A program made the translations under genes and the position numbers. A DNA stretch of 60,454 nucleotides, the filler included, from Sluysia triapertura (lineage: Eukaryota), in the NCBI GenBank assembly GCA_046118255.1. It is 5 parts of 5 records of this genome, joined end to end, with 100 filler letters (N's around TTAATTAATTAA, not from the genome) between each part and the next. Parts side by side here need not be neighbours in the genome. Positions count along the whole stretch, not along the records: positions 24,864 to 36,843 come from JBJNIA010150605.1; positions 36,944 to 49,011 come from JBJNIA010142389.1; 3 more parts are not named here. One strand, given 5' to 3'. Positions within the stretch are counted from its first letter, which is position 1; each line of letters begins with the position of its first letter. Below the pieces are notes generated by a model. That model ran no database searches and was not told where the DNA came from. It saw nothing but the letters and a program-made list of their open reading frames with translations. This document shows positions 26,752 to 39,829 of the stretch, piece by piece.

Positions 26752-27309
26752 CTCATCATTATCATTTTCTTGTACGACTCCTAAATTTCTTCGTTCTTGA
26801 AAATTAAAACCATTATTATTAGATCTATTTTTGCAATATAAAAATTGATCCAAGTCGCTATACTCATGATTCATACAACATGTAGTTTTTACGTTACATG
26901 AAGTTGAATAAAATGGTGTTGTATCGAATGAAACAGAATTTGAAATATTAGAATTGGCTACTAAACAATTTGAGGTAGAAATTGAAGCAGTTGAGTTGTC
27001 AGATGACATAATTTTATTGTGAGATAAATCAAATGGTGAAACACCACTGTTAATTAGTGGTGGTGGAGGTGGAGGTGGAACATGACTAACATGATCATAA
27101 TTTGAACTGTTGGAAAGAACATTAGTACTGACACCAGATATTACAGCAGTAGTTGAAGATGATGATGATGATGATGAAAGACAATTAATTGAATGGGGCA
27201 ATAAAAATTGAGTTGTAACATTTTGTGGTGATAATGGTTGAAAGTTGGTTCGAAATTGTACATTAGATTGTTGTGTTTTGTCAGAAAAATTAAAATTGTA
27301 GTTGAAATC
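26752..27309 (-). CDS. mask: MASK homolog, low-complexity (Ser/Asn/Pro) exon
   Basis: TTTAG acceptor and GTTTGA donor, both phase 0; open frame; same strand as and upstream of the ankyrin exon. Confidence 0.7.
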
Positions 27310-27920
27310 CTAAATGAAACTAGAATTATAAATGAATTAGGATAAAAATTAAATGAACAAATTCTATATCAGGTCTTGCTTTTAAAATGAACCCGTTTAA
27401 AATAACATAATTACTACTTAGTTATAAATCCGTTGCAAAAATAGTAACTTCAAATGCCACAATGAAAAGTCTATGTATACTTTAATTGTGTAAAGAAAAG
27501 TTCCTTGCAATATTATGGGAAAAATCTAAAAGTTCAGATTGTATTTTGAAGTAGTTATATTAAGATAATTTATGCAGAACGAAAAAAATTAATTAATATC
27601 AAATTTCCACAAAAAACTTGATTACATGATAGTTACTAGATAAGTATACCTTGTCTTTACTTGGACTTTTATCATCATGACTAAACTACTTGAATCATTT
27701 TATGGATCTCGACATAAATATAATAAACAGTAATGGCAAAATTATAAAATCAAAACCAAAATTATCAGAAGACAAAAGGAAATTATGCTAATTATCTAAT
27801 ACTTTTGATCTTTTAAATGATTTGAGTAATAACAAAATAACAAAAGATTCGAAATCTTCGAATTACGAGTACAATAAGTAATGAAATAAGCAACACTATT
27901 GATTCGATAATGATATAGAG

Positions 27921-28108
27921 TGGTGATTCTCATCCATTGTGCCACGACACTACGCACGACTATTACAGCTTTAGCCACGGACTTATAATACTATATATTG
28001 TTTAGTCTACAACAGATTGATGTTTATATTACAATTTATATAATTCTTTAAAATTCATATTATTTCTATGTTTGTGTGCCGCAAAAAGAAAAAGGTTGAG
28101 AATCACTG
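27921..28108. mobile_element. hAT (Charlie-like) MITE
   Basis: TIRs TGGTGATTCTCATCC and GGTTGAGAATCACTG; flanks TATAGAG and TTTAGAG. Confidence 0.6.
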
Positions 28109-28883
28109 TTTAGAGATTGCCATACAATGTTACTAAGCGATGTAAATATAAGATTCTTAGAAGAAACAATAATTGAAGAAAGAAATAGAGAAATACAACA
28201 CAAGGGTCACAATCTCTATACTTTGAACGATAAGGATCTTACTACTCCACTCTTGCCTACGAGATCCAAGTTTTACTGAAGAATTTGAGTTGTATTTGGG
28301 TTGAAGAATTTGGCTGTATTCTTAAGTAACTAAATAATTCAGATTTCTACAACCTTAATATTTTTAATGATAAAGATAGAGCAGAAAATGCATTAAAATT
28401 TGTGTCACTTTTATGGTATCCAAATTTGATATCGATCATGCTAAAGATAATCTAGTAATAGTGGATCAATGAAACCAAAACCTTCATCGTGAGTAAAAAT
28501 ATAAAATCAACAAGAACATTAGAATCTAATAAAAGCAATAAAAGAATCCATAGAATTTTCAAAATCGAAGATAAAACAAGATTGTGGTATGAGTCAATAC
28601 AAAATTATAGACTTTTATCACTACATCAAGTGCGTTTAGGTATCCACTATGATAAAATATATCAGTGCATAGAAACTGAACAATTATCACAGGAACAAAT
28701 TATGTAAAAAGAATTATTATTATCATTACTTAATCTTTTCATATTTTGTTTGTATATATTTTAATTTTATCACATAATAGTCGTATTCGAGTTGTGATTA
28801 GCATTGCAACTTAACTTGTTTAATCAATACATCAATTAATTAATCGTTCTTAGTAATATAAATGAGAAATTCTTTAAACATAC

Positions 28884-29429
28884 TGCTGTTGAAAATATAT
28901 TTGTATTGTTTGTTATCACATTAGAACTGGGATCTGTTTGAGAAAGAGTTTTAAAATGATTAATAAATTCATTTGAAACATCTGAACAACTAGATTTCGT
29001 ATCATTAGAAATTAGGAAACAACTTTTGTTATTACAACTACCAACACTACTACTACTACTGCTACTACTACTACTACTGTTACTACTACTGTTATTGGAA
29101 ATTATTTTTTGCGTCTGTTGTAACCGTCGTTTCGGTTGAAGTACTTGTTTGTGATACTGTCCAGATGGTTTGATAGGACTTAATGAAATGGCTGATGATG
29201 ATAAATTGGAACCGGATAAATTAAATATATGTTGATTCGACGAGCTAGGTGTTGATGTATAGTATTTAAGTGAATTATTTGGCATAGAAACTGCACTATT
29301 TGTTATAGTGGTGTTTGTTATTAATGCATTAATAGAAGACTGTACTGTGTTCAATATATCAGGTTTTATTGCAAGTCGTTTAGGTTCAGAAGAACCTCTT
29401 TCATCATCGCAGAGTATCGAAGAATTTAA
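28884..29429 (-). CDS. mask: MASK homolog, Ser/Asn-rich exon
   Basis: TTTCAG acceptor and GTATGT donor, phase 0, open frame. A 36-nt phase-0 micro-exon at 27650-27685 is possible between this exon and the next. Confidence 0.65.
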
Positions 29430-29530
29430 CTGAAATTATTAAGTTATTTATATTTATATTAAGTTATTATATTTTTATAAAAGTTTTCTTGATATAGTAC
29501 ATATTAAACATATTAAACATATTAAACATA

Positions 29531-30959
29531 TATAACACTCTTAATTTGACCAAAAGTGGGAACGCCAAAAAAATTGGCCAAATCTAGAATTTAAAGTAAA
29601 GTAAAATATTTTAACCATATTTTAAAAATTTTTTAAATCTTGATTTGTTCTTGGTTTCATTCTTCCTATCGAATTTTGAATAAGTTTTATACTATTGAAC
29701 ATTTTCTTAACGACATAATTAGATCTAAAAGCTATTCTAGGTTTTAATAAAGCTGTTTTAAAAATTGAGAAATATTTAAAAAACTAAAGACAAAACCAAA
29801 ATAAATATTTTAACAAATTATTTTTAATTAGTCCACTCCTCCAATCTATTTGTCTTATCTTTTTTAAGCGCCTTACACATATTCCATCCAAAGGAAATTG
29901 TTTGATTGAAAGAAATATTTCTTTAACAATCATTTTTAGAAATTTCAAATGTAAGTTCTTCACTTTCATTTTTTCATCTTCAATAAAATTAGATTTATTT
30001 TCAGCGTTGTTAAAATCTCCACCTTGAGCTTTATGCTCAATTTCATATTCTAATAATGTGTTGTTTGCACTATAAGTAATGGGCAAAAAATCATTCTTCT
30101 TCCATATCTGAAAGAAGATATTCTTTCAGTCTTCAATCTTGGGCACTTCATCAACAAATATCTCAGCATTGCTTTCTGCTTCACATCTAGTTGAACCCTA
30201 CCCTGCATTATTAAAACAATTAATTGTATTTTACTTATTTCATTTCAAACAAAGTCGATATAATAAATTACTTCTTTATTATTAATTTTTTATAACATAC
30301 AAAAAACTCTTCTCGCTTTTAATGTCACGTATCTTTTGACTTGAAAAATGTAACTTAAAAGCATTTATAATGAAAATTCCGGTTTCACCTGAATTAAAAA
30401 CATTTCCTGTTCCATATTCATTGATTCTCTTTCGAAGAACATTTTTGAAATCATCGTAGTTAACATTTAAATTTGATTGTGCTTCCCCATGTAATTTTTT
30501 AAGATCAAGATGATGATCCCTGCGAAGCTTTAAATTCTTCTACTTTGAGAATTTCTGGAAATTTTAAAGCTTTTCCAATCAATATTTCATCTGTCAATAT
30601 TGCACCTTACCTCTAAATAATCTACCCATTCTATCATACATTCCATATTTTAATTCCCTTTTCTTAGATTTGATCAAAAATGCGTAATCTTGTTTTTCAA
30701 ATTATTAATTGACTTACGTGAAGTTGTTTATTTAAATTTGAATGAAAATATACCGCTATTTTCTAATCTCAAAGTAAACAATTTAACTAAATAAATTTCA
30801 AAATTTCAATTTTTTCACCACCTGATAATGTTGTTACGGCTCAAAATTTTTTTTCTTTTTATAAACTTTGAAGTTTTGTAAAATTTTAAATTTGTATAAT
30901 GCAAAATCTAAAACTTTTTGGCCAAAATGCAGAATGTGGCCTAATTTAGAGGTACACTG
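29531..30959 (-). mobile_element. Decayed pogo/Tigger-like (CENP-B HTH plus DDE) transposon
   Basis: Minus-strand peptides LTDEILIGKA, LKKLHGEAQS, NVFNSGETGIF (cf. IFNADETGLF) and PITYSAN. Right TIR CAGTGTACCTCTAAATTAGGCCA is flanked by TA; the left TIR is degenerate. Confidence 0.8.
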
Positions 30960-31184
30960 TACTTTGTTAAGTAACATCTAAATTGTAAGTCATTTCTGCT
31001 AAGGAATTAGAAACACTGGCTGAAGAATTTTCTAAAATTGAAAATACCAAGAATGGAAAGGACGAAAAAATCAAAATTACAAAGCAAAAATCAACTGAAA
31101 ATAAAAATTCAAGAATATTAATATTAATATTGAAGTATTTAAAATTATGAATATAATTTAAAATCATGACAATAATTTACAAAT

Positions 31185-31471
31185 GCTTACATTACGGAAG
31201 TCCTAAATATCTTTCGGAAATAATACGAAAATTGGAAATGAAGATGAATATTTCATTAAGACATAATAATCTATATAGAAGTCACAGGTTGTACACCTTA
31301 TGTCTCAAAAATATACAACCAGTTACCAGATAATGTCAAATTGCTGGAAGATTATGAAATATTTAACAAAAAAGCAAAGCTCTTTCTGTTTCAGAAATAT
31401 TATGGTGAATGATTTACCTTAAGCGCTTTTGAGTACTTTCGCGTTAGATATGACCGCAATATAAATTAATA

Positions 31472-31523
<52 letters not shown>
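31185..31523 (+). mobile_element. 3' end of an L2/CR1-clade LINE with an (ATT)n tail
   Basis: LHYGSPKYLSEII and KIYNQLPDNVK..FNKKAKLFL resemble the RT C-terminus. AAGCGCTTTTGAG 3' motif followed by (ATT)n. Confidence 0.7.
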
Positions 31524-31525
<2 letters not shown>

Positions 31526-31607
31526 AGTAATTCATTTTTAAAGCACTAATTTAAGGTATTATTGTATAATAAATATAATATTATAAATAAATATATAAAG
31601 TACCTAG

Positions 31608-31685
31608 GTTTAAAAGGTCGTTAACAAATGGTAGTAGTAGTAATAGCAGTAGTAGTAGTGGTTGTAACTGTAATTGTAATTATTT
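31608..31685 (+). CDS. Candidate internal exon of an unknown gene (FKRSLTNGSSSNSSSSGCNCNCNY)
   Basis: AG acceptor and perfect GTAAGT donor in phase 2, matching the phase-2 acceptor at 33652. Confidence 0.45.
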
Positions 31686-33180
31686 GTAAGTAGACAGAGC
31701 TAATTATTAGAAGTGGTGAATATTGATTAAAATGGAGTTATTTAGATAAAAATCGCAACGTGATTGGTTAAAACAGGAATTATTTTTACACATGTAATTT
31801 ATCCAATAGATTTAATTAATTGGAAGTTTTAAGGTGTTATTCTTACAAATATTAAACATTGAAAACTTTTTAATTATCGGAATAGTACGAAGAGTTCGAA
31901 CTGCAAATTTGCCCAAAGAAGCAGCTGCTCATGAAGCTTATCTCTAAAATTCTTGTTGGTACATTACTCAATTTTGAATTGAAAAATAAGCAAATTTCTA
32001 TCAGATGTTCCAAATATTGAGAAGTTTGATTCGTTTAATAATTGACAGCAAGAATTAGATGCTCTTGTGACGTATATAACGAAGAATGATTGAATATATT
32101 TAAAATATTCAGAAAATGACCAATAAAAAATAAAGTAAAAAAATCGATTCTTTTAAAAGAAAAATGCAACAAATTTTGCGAAAATTGCTACAAGAATTAC
32201 TTTATCGGATCACAATCTAAGAACATGAACGACGATTTTGTTAATAAAAATATTTAGATTTATATTTCATGTACGCATTAAAAAGACTATTTATTACATA
32301 CAAAATAATTTATTTTGATCCAATTGGATAATTCATTCTAAGGCAAAATACTAAATAAATATTTGTACATTAGGTCTGAATCTAAAATTCAATTAGTAAT
32401 AAAAAAAATAATAGAATGAAAAATCAATAAAAATAAAATAATAATACTAATGCTGATAATAACAATAATAATAATAGTAATATGTAATGTAATTATTGAT
32501 ATTAATAATATTGCAAGTAATAATGATCAACGGATGAGCCATTGTCATTTATGTACGATATTTGTTGGTAGCACATTAAAAAGGCTGTATAAACCTTGAA
32601 ATATAAAAGTATAAAATTAATAAATTAATCAATTGTAAAATTACAGTATAACATTGATAAATTTTAATTAATTCTAAAAGTGTTAGCAAATGATTAATCG
32701 AATTAAACTATTATTTATTTAATCAAAACTTAACGTTTTCATATTGTGAATTGAAAATGATTTTCCTCTGTTACAAGTTAAGTAGATGGTTGTATAAGAA
32801 AATATGTTACAAAATGTTATTTCAAAATGAAGTTAATTTATTAAAAAATAGAAAATAAGGTATAATATAAAGTTAATTGGTCAAATTAGTAATTTTTCGA
32901 ATTGTCAGATTTAATCTAATTTGTTCTGGATAATGAATGTCAATTTCATGCTGAATTTGTGCACATTGTGTGTTATTTGTTAATTATAGATTATTGAAAT
33001 AAATATGATTAAAAATTTACTATATAAACAAGTTGATTTCGTTACTAAATTCATGACAAAATTATTGGGATATTGAACAAGAATAATATTTTATCTAACG
33101 ACTTTGAGTGAAAAACTACAGTTTGGATCCAATGTTTTAAAGAAAAACTTGTTATCACAGTGATAACAAGCTAGGTGATA

Positions 33181-33348
33181 GGTTGTATACTGTTTATGTC
33201 TCAAAAATATACAGCCATTTATCAGATAATGTCAAATTGCCAGAAGATTATGAAATATTTAAGAAAAAAGCAAAGTTCTTTCTGTTTCAGAAAATTATGG
33301 TGAATGATTTACCTTAAGCGCTTTTGAGTACTTTCGCGGTAGATATGA
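33181..33348 (+). mobile_element. Second, shorter copy of the same LINE 3' end
   Basis: Highly similar to 31287-31452. Confidence 0.75.
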
Positions 33349-33651
33349 GCTTGGGTTGCATTACCTTAATATATTGTATAACTTTTGTTATTAGTAAATT
33401 GTTAATTACAGTTATGTGATTTGTAATTTTAACATTTATTTGGGATAACTGATAAATTGTAATATTTGTGATACTGAGAATATAATTGCATTAAATCTTA
33501 CTTTGATTTCAGAGTGTTGAATTTAAGAGTTAATTAAAAATATTTAAAAGACGCTTTCTAGATTGTGCTTGAAGAAATCTTTTATATTACAATTATGAAT
33601 ATAAGAATAAAAGATAAGAATTGTGAGTTTATGGCTTGTTATTTATTTTAG

Positions 33652-34204
33652 AAAACATAACCACATCAGTCGCAGTAATTCCGCTCATGATAATCGCTCG
33701 CGACCATCTAAACACAATTCTAAACGCCACAGGACACAACATCGATCTTTATCATCTTCATGCCTCAATAAACCTACGAATTTACCTTCAGTTCACCGTG
33801 GTCATAGTATTCCCGCTGCTACTATCAATCATAAATATCCGTATCAACTTCCCATTCTGCCATATCCAGTATATTACCATTATTTAAGGCGTCCAGCAAG
33901 TTGTGCAATACCAGTACAACAGAAACCAGATAAACGATCTCCTGAAACACGAACAACGTCACATTCTCATATTTCAACACAAGTCAAATACGATGATTCT
34001 GTTAGTTCAACAACATCATCTTCGTATTCCTCTGTCACAATATCTTCATCATCGGCATCAATGTCGTCTTCAGCATCTAGTATACCTGAATTGTCACCAT
34101 ACATTGTTTATTTGGACAATTGTAATTGTGATAAATATATCGCTAAAAATGGCCATAAACGCAATAAATACAAAGAAGTACGAGATAGAAAATATAAATA
34201 TTAG
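33652..34204 (+). CDS. Terminal exon of an unknown Ser/His/Arg-rich protein
   Basis: TTTTAG acceptor, ~183 open codons, TAG stop, AATAAA at ~34249. Confidence 0.6.
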
Positions 34205-35115
34205 TTTAGTAAGTACTTTATTGATGATATTATTATTATTATTATTGTAATAAAAGTAATTGTTAAAATATTTTTTGTTTTAACTTTTATTAATTTTCAC
34301 ACAAAATTATTTATTTTCGATTATTATATGTTAAATATAAAGGATGTAGTTAAATATAACATGTGCAGTTGTTCAACTCGTGACATCTAATTTTATTACA
34401 GTACTATCATACAATAAACCTAGAACTTACAATGAATTTAACACAATTTAAATCATAAATTATTAAATCATTTTTTAGTTCTTTACATATATACTGTATC
34501 TGGCAAATTTCAAAATCAATTAGTTCTCAACATTATTCAATAAATCATTTCGACTTTAACCCATTCATCAAGGTTGTACTGAGTAATTGGTCCCGCAAAT
34601 CATGTATATACTGGAACATGTAAACTGTATCAGATCATTAAGATCATTAAATAACACCATTTCATAAAAAGAAAATTCGAGGTACTCGCTTTGTATGGGA
34701 GAACACACGTGTTATACGAAGTACATGAAAACGCATTATAAGAGTACCGTGTTATAGGGCTGATTACTGTATATGCTAAACAATGCATTCATTGACTTTT
34801 ATTAGGTATCCTAATCGGCTTATTTTAAATTAAATTAATTTATCTTAAATTTAAATCATTCTCAAACATCAAGCTGGGTCTTATTTTCGAGGAAACACAG
34901 TATATTTTTCAATATATTTTATTATTGATTTAAAAAATAAAATATTTATTGATTTACAGATTTATGAAAGACAAGTCCGGTATACTTTGATGATTTGTTC
35001 TGATTTCAATATCAACTTTTACGCTGTTTATTTTGATTACAATAAATCATTGTTAAAGTTTTTTAACGGTATCGTAATATTTAATAAAATAAATTTTTTA
35101 ATTGATAATCTATAC

Positions 35116-35360
35116 CACAGTTTATCAACCGTTGGGTAGCGTTAAATTTTTTATGGGTTGCGGACTCGCGGCTTAGTATAAATAATATAATATATTATAA
35201 TATAAATATAAACTACATACAAAAAAAATCAATTTAAACGCTAATTAGCGCCAATAGTATGACTTTTTTTCTTAGTACCCCTTTATTTAATAAAAATTGG
35301 GTCGTAGAACAATCTAAAAAAATTTTATTGGGTCGCGGGTAAAAAGATTGAGAAATGTCG
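35116..35360. mobile_element. Degenerate hAT MITE
   Basis: Ends CACAGTTTATCAACC and GATTGAGAAATGTCG; internal GGGTCGC motifs; flanks ATCTATAC and ATCTATTT. Confidence 0.5.
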
Positions 35361-36843
35361 ATCTATTTTTCTAATAAACAGTGGTAGCTGTCATGATAGT
35401 GTTCTAGTTTAGTATAACTTCAGAATGTATAATCAAATTTAATTAATAGATATTATTTTTGATTTTAACTTCCTTTTATGCTGAGGTGAGAAAAAATTCT
35501 AATTTAAAATGAGAGGTGAAATATGTGATAAGGTTTTAAATAAGGTTATCGTGAATTTTATAATACCATTTAGATTAATCCTCTATTTAAAATGAGGTGT
35601 AAAATGCGCAATTTATTTTATGGGTTTTATGAAGTAATGATTAAAATAAATCATAAGTAGTAATCAATTCATTAAATCAAATATATATATGCAAAATAAA
35701 ATAAATATAAATTTTTAGTATTTAAAGACTTGATTTTAAATATTATTAAAATTCCTACGAAAAATTTATAACGAAAGAGTTTAAGTAAATTCCTAATGCT
35801 TTTTAAATTGCACTGAAACTTAATAAAAGCAAAATAAACTTATATTATTGTGTTAAAAATTAATGTGGATTCGTTTTCTGCTAATACTCGATAAATACCA
35901 AAATGGATGTTGATACAAGTGTAAAGTTAAAGTTCACATAAAGTTAAAGTTTACATTAAAGTTCATATTGTTCACATTATTTTAACTATACATAAACTAT
36001 AAATAATTGAAAATAATTAATTTAATATAGTAGTTTTAATTCAAAAATTTTTAGACTTATTTGGAAATATCTATTTGGAATTATAATTTTTAGGATAATT
36101 TAATATATCAAAAACGAATCGTCCAAAATAATGTAAGCGTGTAATTATTGTTAATATTGTTAAATATTTATTATATTATAAAATAAAAATTATTAATATT
36201 ATTAAACGTTTATTATATTATTAATATTGTTCAATATTTATTATATTATAAAATAAAGATTATTAATATTGTATAAAATAAAAATTATATTGTATTGATA
36301 CTTTTATTTAAAATAATAACAAATTATTTAATAAAATATAATTTAAAATTATTTTAATTTTGTTTTAAATAGACTAACAATAGTATATATAGATACGAAA
36401 AAATCATAAAATCTCACAACATTTTCTTAAAAATCATTCACAAGTTACAGAATCACAAATCTACACAAGTTATTATCAAGATAAGTTATTTTTACAAGTT
36501 GCTCGTCGTAATTCTTCGCTGACTATAATAATTATTTTTAATTAACGCGGACGACAAAATTCTTTCTACAATTCATCGTTTCAAACTACTGTGGCATCAG
36601 AAAACTCTATATTGGTTTATTCGTTGTTAGTCTATTTTTATAAGTTTTTGGCAATTTATAATAATTGCCCAAGTAAAATCATACTCAAATTTACTAATAA
36701 TACGAGAGTTTCTTATAATAGAAACTAAGCAAAATACATTTTAAATTTTATTTAATTTCGGATTATAATAGAGAAATAATCCTTAGTAAAATCGTTATTA
36801 TTACTATTACTATTTGTTGAAATACTAAATTACTTTTATTCTT

Positions 36844-36943
36844 NNNNNNNNNNNNNNNNNNNNNNNNNNNNNNNNNNNNNNNNNNNNTTAATTAATTAAN
36901 NNNNNNNNNNNNNNNNNNNNNNNNNNNNNNNNNNNNNNNNNNN
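36844..36943. other. Artificial contig-joining spacer
   Basis: N44-TTAATTAATTAA-N44. Confidence 0.98.
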
Positions 36944-37153
36944 CTTATAAAATTATAAAAATCTATTGCCCCTAAATTATTCATTGTATTTGATATTAAA
37001 TTGAGTTTTATTTTATATAATCATTCGGATTTAGTAATTGTTTTTGAGCCAAATTAACATTATTAACAGACTTTTGATTCAACATTGAATAAATCATAAC
37101 ATTTGATTGAAAAAGAAGAATTCTTTTTAACCTCCATTTTTTAAGTCAAAAAA

Positions 37154-37203
37154 TCCAACGGTTGGCCATTAAGTTGGTAAGTCCAATACGTTGGTGGACT
37201 CAC
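37154..37203 (-). repeat. Structured ~48-nt dispersed motif, copy C
   Basis: Reverse complement GTGAGTCCACCAACGTATTGGACTTACCAACTTAATGGCCAACCGTTGGA; homologous to 48927 and 55993. Confidence 0.85.
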
Positions 37204-37725
37204 TTCTTATATTTTTTAAGTCGCTTTATTCGCATACACATTTCTTGCAGATACTAGTGAAAGATCTTTTGGTAATTTCTTTTCCAAATTTTGTCAACAC
37301 TCGGAAAATATAGTTAATTTATTTCATGAAGAGTTTATATATATTAAAAACTCAATAATTTTTTTATACGATACACCTGATCTAGAACTTATTCAAAGTT
37401 TGCATTCCAAATGTATTATTATCAGGTACGTACACATTCGTTTGTTGAAGATGTTATACAAAATTCCACCCACAAAACTCTGGATATTTGGTATAAAGGG
37501 TCAACACAACATCTTTTGATATACCTTATTATTGTTTACTCTCTCGGAATCAAAGAGATCCTAATTTTATCGTCAGTTTCATCTATCATGTAAATTTATA
37601 TCAAGATCTAAATAAAGTCAACATAAGTGAATTCACTGCTAGTTATATTCGTAAAAATACGGACTTTAGTTTTCCATCCTTTATGCTTGAAGAAAATTTA
37701 ATTGTAAATATATATACGATCTCAA

Positions 37726-38113
37726 ATGAATATGGTTAACTATAATGAAGTCAAAAGTAAACAAAGTATCATATCCAATCCGATCAACCGCAAGATCAAT
37801 CAATTTAAATCAGTTATTTCTAATCAGGTATAATTTCTGGTATGTACAAAATTTCGCCAGTGTCCATCTCAGTTAAACGAATCCGGCATGTCTTAAATTT
37901 TGCGTACGTTGCCGTTATTTTCATAATATTTTAGTATAAAATTATGATGGCTTAAGAAATCAATTTAGTAATGAACATTTGGGGCGTTTGAATGATCTGC
38001 TCATGTCTGTACAAAGTAACGCACTTAGCCATAATCTGCAAACCAATAAAATTCACACTAAAGCCGTGAACAATATTGCAACTTCCAGTCCAGTTAACAA
38101 GTCTAGATTTAAA
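37726..38113 (+). pseudogene. Spliced pseudogene fragment with candidate 33-nt and 31-nt introns
   Basis: GT..AG at 37828-37860 and 37904-37934 join three segments in one frame into ORF 37979. Two in-frame TAA stops remain. Confidence 0.4.
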
Positions 38114-39592
38114 GTAATTTTAAATATTTATGTTACACGAACAGTTTATCTTTATTTTTATTTATTATTAAGAGAGACTCTTAGAAGAAAATCCACCGAG
38201 TGCCAGAGTACAAGCAGTTTAATTGATAATCATATAAAATTAACAATTTAAACTCAATTTATAATAAATTTAGGTCTTCTTATTTTACTATTTTATTGGA
38301 TAAAAAATTAATGAGAAATTTTTAAATTAAATCTTGTTAATTTGTTTTATAAAAGGAAAGAAAAAAAATTTAATTTAAATCAAATTAATTTCGATCAAAG
38401 AAGTAATAGTAAGACTATAACTAAAATACCTTTAATCCAACAATTCCCAAAATGATCAAGCTTATGTCAATAATCATTATGATAAAGTTAAACTTAATAT
38501 TCTCGTAATAAAAGTTGTTAATTATGATGAAGCGAAGGATCAAGCATACATTATTAACCATGATAAAGTAGAACGTAATGCTTACGTACTGAAACATGTT
38601 ACTCTGATTTCAGTAATCAAGTGCATTTCAATGATGAACCTGAACTTAATGTTGTCATACTAAAAGAGGATACTTACAAAGATGCTTATAACGAAGTATA
38701 TGATCATAAAGTTATACCTCAATTCAATGTTTCTTATTGAAACATGTTACTTGTAAATATGTCAATAATGAAGCACTTACCAATGAACATTCAAATAACA
38801 GTAGTGTCAACTCTTACAGCCTTCAACTCTGCATGATTACTAACAGAATTAAAACCTCGGTGTTTCTTCCTCATCGCTCCAACTATAAATTTAAAGTAAG
38901 AACGTTTGTCCTTTCTGTTTCTATTTCATTATTATATAATCCTTATCTTTGTTTATTTTACTGTGTCAGAAATGCACACCTTTAACGTAATTAACAATGT
39001 TGCAAATTTAAAAATTAATAAATACTTCGGTCACAAATAATTTTGTAAATTATTCAACCTGTCAATTAATAAAAATAATCGTAAATGTCTAACAGTTAGT
39101 GTGTTTCTAATTACTGTTTGGTAAATGCCATCTACGTAAAAATTGAATTTATCAATTAATCCATCAAATGAAGTGTAATTAAGTTGTATTTAAATTCAAT
39201 ATTTAACATTCTATTACACATAATTATCGACTATTACAGATAATGAATTTGTCGTGAAATATAAAATTCGGTTATTCTTTTAACAAATTGAATAGTAGAA
39301 ATAATGTATTTATAAAATAATAAGTTGGATTTATGATCAAGATTCATTAAAAGTTGCTATTAGTTAAAAATTGGTACTAGTTAAAATTTTGGAAATTGAA
39401 AAATATTAAGCCTAATAATCAACGGACCTTCCATTATACGTTTCACGATCAGCTGGAGAAAAGTAGTAGCTTGCTGCATCACAAGAATTAGTCACAGAAC
39501 TTAATATGGTACTTAAAACAAATGGGAGACAACAGGATGTACCAACCATTTGAAAAAAATACAGTACCATCGGAATACCAGCGAAAACATCC

Positions 39593-39802
39593 CCTACTGA
39601 GCTATCATCCCCTTCTGACAATTTTAGACTATTATTGTAGTTAATTATATTATCCTAATATATCTCACCCAATTCAATTATGTTTGACCTCAAACATCTT
39701 TTAATTCAACATCAGAAGGGTATTCGGCATGTTGGCTCACCAAATATTAGTTTTCATAAAATGGACTGACTGGGAATCAAACCTGGGACCTCTCGCTGCG
39801 CA
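39593..39802 (-). repeat. Head-to-tail junction of two partial tRNA-derived repeat units
   Basis: On the minus strand the 3' half (GCAGCGAGAGGTCCCAGGTTTGATTCCCAGTCAGTCCATTTTATG) precedes, by ~125 bp, a 5' half (TCTAAAATTGTCAGAAGGGGATGATAGCTCAGTAG). Both match 50385-50481. Confidence 0.75.
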
Positions 39803-39829
39803 TTTCATCAAAAAATGTATTAATATACA

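Noticed and set aside
39670-39720. Hammerhead ribozyme (minus-strand CTGATG) in the tRNA-like repeat spacer
   Set aside because: The core reads CTGATGT and there is no GAAA or compatible stems in this copy.
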